From an uncultured Candidatus Rokubacteria bacterium (GTDB taxonomy: Bacteria; Methylomirabilota; Methylomirabilia; Rokubacteriales; DASRDR01), in the NCBI GenBank assembly GCA_963805625.1, contig CAWDVE010000017.1, forward strand, positions 128,001 to 192,000: 64,000 nucleotides of DNA. Reading direction: 5' to 3'. The notes beneath the pieces are model-generated. The model did not search any database. It had not been told where the DNA came from and saw nothing but the letters and a program-made list of their open reading frames with translations. Both the position numbers and the translations under genes were made by a program. Below, piece by piece: positions 9,628 to 19,214 of this stretch (positions within the stretch are counted from its first letter, which is position 1; each line of letters starts with the position of its first letter).

Positions 9628-10704
9628 CTAGGGCGGTGGCGGGGACGCCCCGAGCTGACGCCGAGCCTCGGCGACGCCAGGCGGCGGAGCGAGGTCGTCC
9701 GGGCCCACGGTGAGCGAGACCGGCCAGGGGCTGCCGCCCCCGCGGAGCACGCGAATGGTCGCCTCGAACCCTTCCCGAGTCACGTCACCGGTTCCGGCGT
9801 AGGCCGCCTGCTGCGCGGCGAGCCGCGCCTCGAAGCGCGCGCGGTCACCGACGAGCGCGGGCGGCAGCCGCTCGGCGACGCCCGCCGGCGGGGTGGTCGC
9901 GAGCCAGGCCTGGACTCGGGCCACCGCGCGCACGTAGGCGGCGAGGGCGGTCTCGGGCGGCGGCTCGATGCGGGCCGGCGTCCCCTTCTTGGCATCCGCT
10001 CCGGCCTTCGACGTGTCCTTCTTGTCCTTGTCGTCCTTGGACGGGGTGACCGCGACGCTCACCACCTCGTAGAACGGGCCGCCGAGGACGCGCTCGACCT
10101 CCGATGGCTGCCGGAAGTCGATCAGGACGCCGGCGCGCCCCGCGGCGAGAAGCCGGCTCGCCCAGGGTTCCTCGACCATCGCGGCCGCCAGATCGCCGGT
10201 ACCCAGCTGCGCCAGGAGCGCCGTGCTCCCGACGCTCCGCGTGTCGACCTGCCAGGGCTGGATGCGGGCTCCGCGGAGAACCGCGGCCAGCAAGAGATGC
10301 CCCGTGGTCCCCGGGCCGGGGATTCCCACCGGCTTGCCCCGGAGATCCTCGACCCGGCGCACGGTATCCCGGGCAGCCGGGGCGACCAGGAGGGCGACCG
10401 CGGGCGCTCGCAGGTGCGCGGCCAGCACCTGCACCGGAATCTTCCGCGCCCAGGCGCCCCGGATCGCCTCGTCGAGCGTCGTCACCGCGATCCCGGTCTC
10501 CCGGTCCCTGAGCGCCGTCACGGCTCCGGTGGGATGCTTCGCGCGCTTGAGCGTCACCTTGACGCCCTCGGCCTCGAACGTCCCGAGCGCCACCGCGGCG
10601 TGGACCGGGAGGTACGCCGGGTCCTCCGCGGGCGCGCCCACGGCCACCGTCAACGATTGCGGTTCTGCCACGGCGGCCCGGGCGAGCAGGAGTCCACCGA
10701 GCAC
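9628..10704 (-). CDS. ABC transporter substrate-binding protein, NitT/TauT type (start uncertain)
   Basis: Signal-like N-terminus, YLPVHAA..G.FEAEGV, EDLRGKPVGIPGPG, EPW motif. Confidence 0.75.
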   Translation of the reverse strand: MLGGLLLARAAVAEPQSLTVAVGAPAEDPAYLPVHAAVALGTFEAEGVKVTLKRAKHPTGAVTALRDRETGIAVTTLDEAIRGAWARKIPVQVLAAHLRAPAVALLVAPAARDTVRRVEDLRGKPVGIPGPGTTGHLLLAAVLRGARIQPWQVDTRSVGSTALLAQLGTGDLAAAMVEEPWASRLLAAGRAGVLIDFRQPSEVERVLGGPFYEVVSVAVTPSKDDKDKKDTSKAGADAKKGTPARIEPPPETALAAYVRAVARVQAWLATTPPAGVAERLPPALVGDRARFEARLAAQQAAYAGTGDVTREGFEATIRVLRGGGSPWPVSLTVGPDDLAPPPGVAEARRQLGASPPPP

Positions 10705-10767
10705 GAGACCCCGCGCCAGCGCCCGCTTGCGCCGCCTGGCGTCCGTCGTCCTTATAATGAGACCCCC

Positions 10768-11466
10768 ATGCTGGCGCCTCCGCCGCTCCTGCCACGGCCC
10801 GACCCCGATCGTCGCCGCCTGCTCCGGCTCTACGACCGCCTCCATCGACGGTACGGCCCGCAGCGCTGGTGGCCGGCCCCCTCCCGCTTCGAGGTCGTGG
10901 TCGGGGCGATCCTCACGCAGAACGCCGCCTGGCGCAACGCCGAGCGGGCGATCGCGCGGCTCCGCGCCGCCGGGGTCCTCGACCTCCGCGGCGTCCTCGC
11001 GCTGCCCTTGGCCCGGCTCCCCCTGCTCATCCGTCCCTCCAGGACGTTTCGCGTGAAGGCCCGCCGTCTCCGCGCCTTCGCCCGGCACGTCGCGCGGCGC
11101 CACCGGGGACGCCTCGCCCGGCTTCTCGCCCTCCCGCTTCCGGCGCTCCGCGCCGAGCTTCGCGGGATTGCCGGCATCGGACCGGAGACCGCCGACGCCA
11201 TCGCGCTCTATGCCGCCGGCCGTCCGATCTTCGTCGTCGACGCCTACACGCGGCGGATCCTGGCGCGGCACCGGCTGGTCGCGCCCGACGCGGACTACGC
11301 GACCGTCCAGACACTCTTCATGGCGCACTTGCCGCACGACCCCGCGCTCTTCAACGAATTCCACGCGCTCTTGGTCCGGGCCGGCAAGGAGCACTGCCGG
11401 ACGCGGCCGCGCTGCGAGGGCTGCCCTCTCCGGTTCGACCTCCGGGGCCGGCGACCCCGGCTCTAG
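10768..11466 (+). CDS. Endonuclease III / HhH-GPD family DNA glycosylase-like protein
   Basis: FEVVVGAILTQN, GIGPETADAI HhH, VVDAY, C-terminal CRTRPRCEGCPL Fe-S motif. Confidence 0.9.
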   Translation: MLAPPPLLPRPDPDRRRLLRLYDRLHRRYGPQRWWPAPSRFEVVVGAILTQNAAWRNAERAIARLRAAGVLDLRGVLALPLARLPLLIRPSRTFRVKARRLRAFARHVARRHRGRLARLLALPLPALRAELRGIAGIGPETADAIALYAAGRPIFVVDAYTRRILARHRLVAPDADYATVQTLFMAHLPHDPALFNEFHALLVRAGKEHCRTRPRCEGCPLRFDLRGRRPRL

Positions 11467-12385
11467 GCGCGGCGGCTCCCGCCCGCGTCTGGCCGGCGGC
11501 GGCCGGCTGCCGGTTGACGAGGTAGATTCCCAGTGCCACGCACGCCATGGCGAGGACGAGCGCTGGTGTCACCGGCTCGCTCAGCAGGAGCCAGCCGGCA
11601 ACGAGCCCGAAGAGGGGCGTCCAGAACGTGTATGCGTGGAGAGCCGAGGCCGGGTAGCGGGTGAGCATCCAGAACCAGACGAGGTAGCTCACGAAGGCGA
11701 CCGCGACGATCTGGTAGAGCACCGCGAACACGACCGGCCCGGTGAGCCGCGTCACGCCCGCCTCGCCGCTCGCCACCGCGAGCGCGCCGAGGAGCATCGC
11801 CGAGCCTCCGAGCTGGTAGAACAGCGTCTGGTGCGGGCTGGTGGCCTGACCTCGCGCCTTGATGATGAGGGTCGTCGCCGCCCAGAGGAAGGCCCCCGCC
11901 AGCTCGAGGACGTCCCCCAGGACCTCGCGGTGCGTCGGCAGCCGCAGTCCATCGGCAAACGCGAGCGAGAGCCCGGCGAACGCCGCGATCAGTCCGGCGA
12001 TCTTCGTCCCGTGCAGGCGCTCCGCGGGGAAGAGCCAGTGGGCGCCGAGGGTGACGAAGAACGGCGTCGCATAGATGAACAGCACCCCGCGGGCGGCCGT
12101 CGTGAACATGAAGCCCCAGTAGACGCAGACGAACTCGAGCGCGAAGAGGATCGCGATGATCGCGCCGTAGGCGCCTGCCCCGTTGCGGCGGCTCAGTGGG
12201 ATCCCGCGCCACGCCGACCAGCCCCACACGAGGAGGGCGGCGCCGGCGGAGCGGATCGTCGCGTGATAGAGGGGCGAGATGCCCTGGTTGCCCACCTTGA
12301 TCGCCACCTGGCCGGCCCCCCAGACCGCGCACAGGACGACCAGCAGCGCGGCGGCCGCGGGGTCGATCGCGGAGCGCTGGCTCAC
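11351..12385 (-). CDS. DMT/EamA family transporter
   Basis: About 10 hydrophobic segments in two EamA-like repeats; the low-complexity tail overlaps the convergent glycosylase gene. Confidence 0.85.
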   Translation of the reverse strand: MSQRSAIDPAAAALLVVLCAVWGAGQVAIKVGNQGISPLYHATIRSAGAALLVWGWSAWRGIPLSRRNGAGAYGAIIAILFALEFVCVYWGFMFTTAARGVLFIYATPFFVTLGAHWLFPAERLHGTKIAGLIAAFAGLSLAFADGLRLPTHREVLGDVLELAGAFLWAATTLIIKARGQATSPHQTLFYQLGGSAMLLGALAVASGEAGVTRLTGPVVFAVLYQIVAVAFVSYLVWFWMLTRYPASALHAYTFWTPLFGLVAGWLLLSEPVTPALVLAMACVALGIYLVNRQPAAAGQTRAGAAAPRAGVAGPGGRTGEGSPRSAAASGSAPCRPGPRARGIR

Positions 12386-12391
12386 GCGCGA

Positions 12392-12976
12392 TCAGGTCTC
12401 GGTCGCGTCGAGCCAGACGGGCGGCGCGACCGGCGGCCGCCACGCCGCGAAGCGGTGCAGGAGCGCGTCGGGTCCGGGCTCGACCAGGAGGCGCGCCGCG
12501 TACTCGGGCCGGACGAAGCCCTCACCGACGGCGTGTCGGAGGAGGGCGAGGAGTCCGCCCCAGTAGCCCCCGACATCGACCAGCCCCACCGGCTTCCGGT
12601 GGATGCCGAGCTGGGCCCACGTGAGGATCTCGAGGATCTCCTCGAGTGTGCCGAGGCCGCCCGGCAGTGCCACGAAGCCGTCGGCGAGCGAGGCCATGAG
12701 CGCCTTGCGCTCGTGCATCGAGCCCACCAGGTGGAGTTCGGTGAGGCCGTCGTGCGCGAGCTCCTTCCGCGCGAGGCCCTTCGGCAGCACGCCGATCACC
12801 TCGCCACCCCCGGCGAGGACGGCGTCCGCGATGGTTCCCATCAGCCCGACCGACCCGCCGCCGTAGACGAGGCCGAGCCCCCGGTCGAGGAGCGCCACGG
12901 CCAGCGCGCGCGCCGCGTCGGCGTAAACGGTCTGCCGGCCGATCGCCGACCCGCAGAAAACGCAGAGACGCTTCAC
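12392..12976 (-). CDS. LOG family (TIGR00730) nucleotide phosphoribohydrolase
   Basis: CVFCGS, LVYGGG..GLMG, MHERKA, PGGLGTLEE motif; GTG at 12976. Confidence 0.92.
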   Translation of the reverse strand: MKRLCVFCGSAIGRQTVYADAARALAVALLDRGLGLVYGGGSVGLMGTIADAVLAGGGEVIGVLPKGLARKELAHDGLTELHLVGSMHERKALMASLADGFVALPGGLGTLEEILEILTWAQLGIHRKPVGLVDVGGYWGGLLALLRHAVGEGFVRPEYAARLLVEPGPDALLHRFAAWRPPVAPPVWLDATET

Positions 12977-13119
12977 TCGCGCCGGCCTTCCGCTTCGAGC
13001 GCGGCCTCGAGATGGGACACGAAGCCGGGCACGAAGACCACGTCGAGCGGACCCGCGCCCGTCACCTGGTAGGCGATGTGGACGTTGCCGCTCTTCGCGT
13101 AGCGTGTGACTGGTCGCAT
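12973..13119 (-). pseudogene. N-terminal stub of an alpha/beta-hydrolase (type usually fused to an adenylate cyclase domain)
   Basis: TRYAKSGNVHIAYQVTGAGPLDVVFVPGFVSHLE followed by a stop after 48 codons. Confidence 0.7.
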
Positions 13120-13195
13120 GCCGGCGTCTCGCTGGTGTCTCAGTCTCCCGCGCCGGCCGGGGCCGCCGCAAGGGGCCCGCGCGGCGGCCCCGAAG

Positions 13196-14371
13196 TCAGG
13201 CAGGCTGAGCCAGCTCGAGGACCAGATCGACGAGCCGCTCCGCCGCATCGGGCATGGCGAGGGCGCGGGCGTGCGCGGCCATCGTCCGGAGCCGCCCCGG
13301 ATCCGCGAGCAGATGGCTCACCTCGCGGACGAGGCGCTCCGGCGTGAGCTCCGTCTCCGGCAGGAGGACCGCGGCACCCGCGTCGGCGAGGACCCGCGCG
13401 TTCGCCGTCTGCTCGTCGCCACGGGCGCCGGGGAGGGGGACGAGGATCGCGGGCAGCCCCAGCGCCGCGAGCTCGGTCACGGTGCCGGCGCCGGCGCGGC
13501 CCACGACGAGGCTCGCGGCGGCATAGAGATCCGCGAGCTCCTCGCCGACGAGCGCCAGTACCTGGTATCGCGCGGCAAGCGGCGGCGGCAGCCGCGAGGC
13601 CTCGCCCCGCAGCCACGCGAGGTCTCCGTACACGTTGTCGCCCGCTTGGTGGACGAGCTGGGTGAGCTCGAGCAGCGGCGGGAGCGCCGCCCCGACGATG
13701 CGGTTCACGCGGTGGGCGCCGAGCGCGCCGCCCGTGACGTATGTGAGCGGAAGGGCGGGATCGAGGCCAAAGCGCGCGAACGCGCGGTCCCGCCGGCCCG
13801 TGTGGAGCTCGGGGCGGATGGGGTTGCCGGTGACCACGACCTTTCCACCAGGGAACGCGGAGGCCGATGCGGCGAAGGTCACCGCGACCTTGTCCGCGAG
13901 CCGGCCGATCAGCCGGTTCGCCAGCCCGGGTACGACGACCTGCTCGTGGACGAGGAGCGGACGGCGTCGCGCGGCGGCGGCCACCGCGGTGGGGACCGCG
14001 ACGAACCCGCCCGTCGCGACAACCACGTCGGGGCGGAGCCGCCCGAGGAGCGCGAGTGCGCGGCCGAAGCCCGCCGGCACCCGGAGCGTCAGGTCCGTGA
14101 CGTTGCGCCACGCGAGCTGACGGCGGAGCTTGCCGGTCGGGATCGCGTGATATGGAATGCCGGCCGCCGGCACCCACGTCGCCTCGATGCCCGATTGGCT
14201 TCCGATCCAGGCGAGCTGGACGCGGTCGCCCAGTCGGGCCCGGAGCGCCTTGGCGAGGGCCAGGCCTGCGGCCGTGTGGCCTCCGGTCCCGCCTCCAGCG
14301 AGGACGACCGTTACGGGCCGCCGCGAGAGGCGCGCCCCGTCGCCACGGCCGGGAGCGCTAGGCTCCTCCAC
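13196..14371 (-). CDS. murG: MurG-type glycosyltransferase (start uncertain)
   Basis: GGGTGGH, TGGFVAVP, HEQ, TGNPIR, GRAGAGTV.E, EQTANA motifs. Confidence 0.88.
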   Translation of the reverse strand: MEEPSAPGRGDGARLSRRPVTVVLAGGGTGGHTAAGLALAKALRARLGDRVQLAWIGSQSGIEATWVPAAGIPYHAIPTGKLRRQLAWRNVTDLTLRVPAGFGRALALLGRLRPDVVVATGGFVAVPTAVAAAARRRPLLVHEQVVVPGLANRLIGRLADKVAVTFAASASAFPGGKVVVTGNPIRPELHTGRRDRAFARFGLDPALPLTYVTGGALGAHRVNRIVGAALPPLLELTQLVHQAGDNVYGDLAWLRGEASRLPPPLAARYQVLALVGEELADLYAAASLVVGRAGAGTVTELAALGLPAILVPLPGARGDEQTANARVLADAGAAVLLPETELTPERLVREVSHLLADPGRLRTMAAHARALAMPDAAERLVDLVLELAQPA

Positions 14372-15554
14372 CCGGCTCGGTCCCCGATGGCGCTGGGGTG
14401 GCAAGCCGCCGCTTGCGGGCGTGGCGCTCGAGGGCGAGCGCGATCAGGCGGTCGACGAGCGCGGGGTAGGGGAGGCCGCTCGCCTCCCAGAGCCGCGGGT
14501 AGGCCGAGAAGCGGGTGAACCCCGGGATCGTGTTGATCTCGTTCACCCAGATGCGGTCGTCGGTGTCGAGGAAGAAGTCCACGCGCGAGAGCCCCGCCGC
14601 GTCGATCGCTCGGAAGGCCGCGACCGCCAGGCGGCGGAACTCCTCGGTCAGACCCGGGGACAAGGGGGCCGGGATGAGGAGCTTCGCGATCCCGTCGGTG
14701 TACTTGGCCTCGTAGTCGTACCACTCGCGGCCGGGCAGGACCTCTCCGGGAACCGAGGCCTCCGGCTCGTCGTTGCCGAGCACGCTCACCTCGATCTCCC
14801 GTCCCACCACGCCGCGCTCGATCAGGATCTTCCGGTCGTGAGCGAAGGCGGTCGCCACGGCGGCTTCGAGGGCGCGCTCCGCCGTCACCTTCGAGATGCC
14901 CACGCTCGAGCCGAGGTTGGCGGGCTTGACGAAGCAGGGATAGCCGAGCTCGTCGGCGACGCGCCGTCGCCAGGCGCCCGGCGCCCCACTCCACTCGTGG
15001 TCACGCACGACGAGGTACGGGACGACCGGGAGGTCGTGCGCCCGGAACACGGCTTTCATCGCCGCCTTGTCCATCCCGACCGCCGAGGCCAGGACGCCGG
15101 CGCCCACGTAGGGGACGTCGGCCAGCTCGAGGAGACCCTGGAGCGTGCCGTCCTCGCCGTACGGCCCGTGGACGAGGGGGAACATGACGTCCAGGCTTGC
15201 TGCCGTTCCAGCGGGCAGCCCGCCGGCCGTGGCCACGCGAGCGAGCGCCTGGCCGGATCCCGGGGTCGCCCACGGGACGCCCGGCGGCAGAGCGAGCGGT
15301 ACGCCGGCCGCCTCCGCCAGCGCCCGGAGCGGGTCACCTCCGACCAACCACTGGCCGTCGCGGGTGATGCCCATCGGGATCACGTCGTAGCGCGCCGGGT
15401 CGATCGCCGCCAGCACCGAGGCGGCGGAGGCGAGCGAGACCTCGTGCTCCCCGGAGCGGCCGCCGAAGATCACCCCGACCCGGACTTTTCGGGACTCTGG
15501 TCGGGGCTCGGGCCGGGACCCGGGTTCGCGGATGGGTTCAGTGGATCGCGTCAC
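14358..15554 (-). CDS. ddl: D-alanine--D-alanine ligase
   Basis: [37 protein letters not shown]. Confidence 0.96.
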   Translation of the reverse strand: MTRSTEPIREPGSRPEPRPESRKVRVGVIFGGRSGEHEVSLASAASVLAAIDPARYDVIPMGITRDGQWLVGGDPLRALAEAAGVPLALPPGVPWATPGSGQALARVATAGGLPAGTAASLDVMFPLVHGPYGEDGTLQGLLELADVPYVGAGVLASAVGMDKAAMKAVFRAHDLPVVPYLVVRDHEWSGAPGAWRRRVADELGYPCFVKPANLGSSVGISKVTAERALEAAVATAFAHDRKILIERGVVGREIEVSVLGNDEPEASVPGEVLPGREWYDYEAKYTDGIAKLLIPAPLSPGLTEEFRRLAVAAFRAIDAAGLSRVDFFLDTDDRIWVNEINTIPGFTRFSAYPRLWEASGLPYPALVDRLIALALERHARKRRLATPAPSGTEPGGGA

Positions 15555-16909
15555 GGGGCCTCCTCGGCCTTCCGGCGGTGGAGCTCGGCGCGCCAGCGCT
15601 CGAGGCGCGCGCGGATCTCCTGCTCGAACCCGCGCGGCACGGGGTGATAGTAAGTGCGCCCGCGGAGGGCCTCCGGCAGGTGCTCCTGCAGGACGACGGC
15701 ATCCGGATCGTCGTGCGCGTACCGGTAGCCGGCGCCGTATCCGAGTCCCGTCATGAGCCCGGTCGGCGCGTTACGGAGATGGAGCGGGACCGGCTCGGTG
15801 GGCCGGGCGTGGACGTCCGCGCGCGCCTGGTCGAAGGCCGTGTAGACGGCGTTCGACTTCGGCGCGCAGGCGAGGTAGACGGCCGCCTCCGCGAGCGCCA
15901 GCTCCCCCTCCGGCGTTCCGAGGAAGTCGTACGCCGCCTTGGCCGCGAGCGTGATCTGGAGGGCCTGCGGGTCGGCCAGGCCGATGTCCTCGGACGCCAT
16001 CCGCACGAGCCGCCGCGCGAGGAAGAGCCGGTCCTCGCCTGCCTCGAGCATTCGCGCCAGCCAGTAGAGCGTCGCGTCGGGGTCCGAGTCGCGGACCGAT
16101 TTGTGGAGCGCGCTGATGAGGTTGTAGTGCTGCTCGCCGTCCTTGTCGTAGAGGAGCGCCTTGCGCTGCGCGGCCTCGCGGACCGACTCGGCCGTGAGGT
16201 GCGCCGCCGCGCCGCGCGAGCGCCGGTCCGCGGTCAGGAGCCGCGCCGCGACTTCGAGGATGTTCAGCGCGGTGCGGGCGTCGCCCTCCGAGAGCCCCAC
16301 GATCGCCGCCACGGCCTCCGGGTCGACCTCGAGGCCGAGGCGACCCAGGCCGCGGTCGGGGTCCGCCACCGCCCGGCGGACGATCGTCTCGAGCTCCGTC
16401 TCGGTCAGGCGCTCGAGCACGTACACGCGGCAGCGCGAGAGGAGCGCCGCGATGACCTCGAACGACGGGTTCTCGGTTGTCGCGCCGATGAGGGTCACGG
16501 TGCCCCGCTCCACGTGCGGCAGGAACGCGTCCTGCTGCGCCTTGTTGAAGCGGTGGATCTCGTCGACGAATAGGATCGTACGCTGGCCGCGGAGCGCGAG
16601 GCGCTCCGCGGCTTCGCCGACGAGGCTCCGGACCTCCTTGACCCCGGTGAGCACGGCGGAGAACGGGGTGAAGTGCGCCTTGGCGTGCGCCGCGAGGAGG
16701 GAGGCGAGCGTCGTCTTCCCAGTGCCAGGCGGTCCCCACAGGATCATCGAGTGGAGGTCCCCCGACTCGATGGCGGCGCGGAGGAGTCGCCCGGGCCCGA
16801 GGAGATGCGCCTGGCCGACGAAGTCATCGAGGCTTCGCGGCCGCATCCGCTCGGCGAGCGGTGCCGCTTCGCGCCGACTCTCGCGCGCCGCCTCCTCGAA
16901 CAGCTCCAC
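15551..16909 (-). CDS. rarA: Replication-associated recombination protein A (MgsA)
   Basis: [49 protein letters not shown]. Confidence 0.95.
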   Translation of the reverse strand: MELFEEAARESRREAAPLAERMRPRSLDDFVGQAHLLGPGRLLRAAIESGDLHSMILWGPPGTGKTTLASLLAAHAKAHFTPFSAVLTGVKEVRSLVGEAAERLALRGQRTILFVDEIHRFNKAQQDAFLPHVERGTVTLIGATTENPSFEVIAALLSRCRVYVLERLTETELETIVRRAVADPDRGLGRLGLEVDPEAVAAIVGLSEGDARTALNILEVAARLLTADRRSRGAAAHLTAESVREAAQRKALLYDKDGEQHYNLISALHKSVRDSDPDATLYWLARMLEAGEDRLFLARRLVRMASEDIGLADPQALQITLAAKAAYDFLGTPEGELALAEAAVYLACAPKSNAVYTAFDQARADVHARPTEPVPLHLRNAPTGLMTGLGYGAGYRYAHDDPDAVVLQEHLPEALRGRTYYHPVPRGFEQEIRARLERWRAELHRRKAEEAP

Positions 16910-17078
16910 GCCGCCCGCTCCCTGGCCTCCCGGCCCGGCGTCCGCCGGCGCGGATCCCGCACGGCCGCCCGTCGAGCGGAGCGCATGCCGCGCGCCCGTC
17001 TCGCTCAGGGTCAGGATGCCACAGACGCCGAGAGTGACAAAACGATCGGCACGCCGCGATACGGTCTCGAAGGAATGG

Positions 17079-17711
17079 CTACCAGGCGGCCGTGCGGAGC
17101 CACTCCGGCAGATGGCGCAGATCGCGCAGCACCGTGCGCGGCGCCACGCCCCGGCGGGCGAGCTCGACGGGATCGGCGCCGTAGGCGATGAAGGCCGCAC
17201 CGCCGGCCTGCGCCGCTGCGCCGTCCACCCACGAGTCGCCGACCACCCAGATGCGCCGCTCGGGGAACGCCGCCTCGAGCAGCCGGAGCCCCGACGGGTC
17301 GGGTTTGAGCGCTGCCTCGTCCCGCGTGATGAGGATCGGGAAGAACCCGTCGAGACCGCAGCTCGCGAGGGCCCGCCGCGCGACCGTCCCCGTGTTGTTG
17401 GTCCACACCGCGAGGGGATAGCCGGCCGCTCGAAGCGCGGTGAGCGCCTCGTGCACGCCCGGCTCGGGCTGGGCGTCGCGGACCGCCTCCTCCTCGTGTG
17501 TTGTGCAGAGTGCCCAACATGCCTTGCCGAGCGCCGTCCGGTGGAGGGTGGCCGCCTCGATGATCTGGCCGATCGTCCACGCGCGGGTGGCCTCGCCGAG
17601 GGGCACCCCATCCGTCTCCACGAGGGCGCGGATCTCGACCTTCAGCCGGACCAGATCGAGCGGCGAGCGCACCAGGGTGTGGTCGAGGTCGAAGGCGCAG
17701 AGCGGGCGCAT
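17079..17711 (-). CDS. HAD family hydrolase
   Basis: FDLDHTL motif I, TNN, KPDP, VGDSWVD motif IV. Confidence 0.88.
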   Translation of the reverse strand: MRPLCAFDLDHTLVRSPLDLVRLKVEIRALVETDGVPLGEATRAWTIGQIIEAATLHRTALGKACWALCTTHEEEAVRDAQPEPGVHEALTALRAAGYPLAVWTNNTGTVARRALASCGLDGFFPILITRDEAALKPDPSGLRLLEAAFPERRIWVVGDSWVDGAAAQAGGAAFIAYGADPVELARRGVAPRTVLRDLRHLPEWLRTAAW

Positions 17712-17780
17712 GGAAGGCAGTATACCGCCGGCCGCACGTCGCATTCGGAGAACCCGGCCAACTTCTGGTAGGGTAGCCTT

Positions 17781-19213
17781 ATGCGACGGCGGCGACGCCT
17801 CGCGCCCGTTCTGGCCCGCGTCGCCCTCGCCGGGCTCGCCGTCCTGGCCATTCCGGCCCCGGGCGCCGCTGCCCGGTCAGAGGCGGACCGTCTCTGGCTG
17901 GTGGGCGCGGGGGCATTCGAGGACGGGCTCTACGAGACGGCGTACCGCGAGCTCGGGCGCTTCGTCCAGGTTGCGCCCTCGGACCGGCGCCGCGGGGATG
18001 CGGCCCTGCTGCGCGGCAAGGCGGCGTTCTCGATGGAGCGGTACGCCGAGGCGCTGACCGAGTTCGACGCGGCCGAGACTTTCCCCTGGCCGCCGCGACC
18101 CCGGGCGAGCCGATCTTCTGGCAGGGGGAGGCGTTGTTCCGTTTGCGCCGGCTGGAGGAGGCGCGGGACCGCTACGTGCGCTTCCTCGCGCTCAAGCCTG
18201 CGTCGCCCTACGTGCCGGAGGCCCTCTACGCGCGTGGTCTGGCCGAGCTCGAGACGGGGCGCGCCGACGGCGCCATCGACACGTTCCGGGATTTCCTCCG
18301 CGACTACCCCAACCACGCCCGTGCGCCGATGGCCGCGTACAACGCGGCCCGCGAGCTGATCCGGGCCAAGCGCTGGGAGGATGCCCTCGCCATTCTCGGC
18401 TCGTACGCGACCCGGTATCCGGGGAGCCCCTACCTGGTGGAGACGCGTTATCTCCTCGGCGTCGCCCAGCTCGAGATGGGTCGTCCGGAGGGAGTGCGAG
18501 CGCTCGAGCAGTTCATCTCCAAGGCTCCGGCGAGCGACCTCGTTCCCACGGCACGTGTCCTCATCGCCGAGGCCCAGGCGAAGGCCGGACGGCCCCGCGA
18601 AGCCCTCGAGCAGTACCAGGCCCTGGTCCGGGCGACGCCGACCCACGCGCTCGCCCCCCAAGCGCTCTACCGGATCGGTGAGCTCTCGCTCCGGTTGAAC
18701 CGGCCCACGGATGCGGAGGCCGCCTGGACCACGCTCCGGCGCGACTTCCCGCAGAACGCGCTGATCGGGCCGTCGGGGCTCGCGACTGCACGACTGCACG
18801 AGCAGCGGAAGCAATGGGAGCCAGCCCTCCAGGTCGCCCAGTCCGTCGCCGACCTCAAGGGCGAGGAGCGCTCCGCGGCCCTCCTCGTTGTCGGGCAGAG
18901 CGCATTGCAGCTTCGCCGGAACGCGGAGGCCGCGCAGGCCTATCACACCGTGGTCGTGGAGGCGCCTCCGGCCTCCAAGCGGTACTTCGAGGGGCTGGCG
19001 GGCCTCGCCGTCGCGCTCGAGGCCGCGACCGACAGGGAAGGCGCCAGGCGCGCGTACCGGGAGATCGTCGACACCAGCCAGGATCCGGAGCTCGTGCGCT
19101 GGGCGAAGGGGCACCTCGCCGCGTTTGACGCCCCGGCCCCACCTTCGCGGGAGGCCCCACGTCCCAAGTCCAAGCCCAAGCCCAAGGCCCCCGCGGGGTC
19201 AGGAGGGGGCTGA
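17781..19213 (+). CDS. Secreted TPR protein, split by an apparent single-base frameshift near 18085
   Basis: Signal peptide and TPR helices in ORF 17781 continue in ORF 18134; adding one C to TTCCCCTGG gives FPLAAATPGEPIFWQGEALFR. Confidence 0.75.
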
Positions 19214-19214
19214 G

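Noticed and set aside
11351-11466. 116-bp convergent overlap of the DMT and glycosylase genes as an antisense control system
   Set aside because: The overlapping tail is low-complexity read-through, common in GC-rich genomes; there is no other evidence
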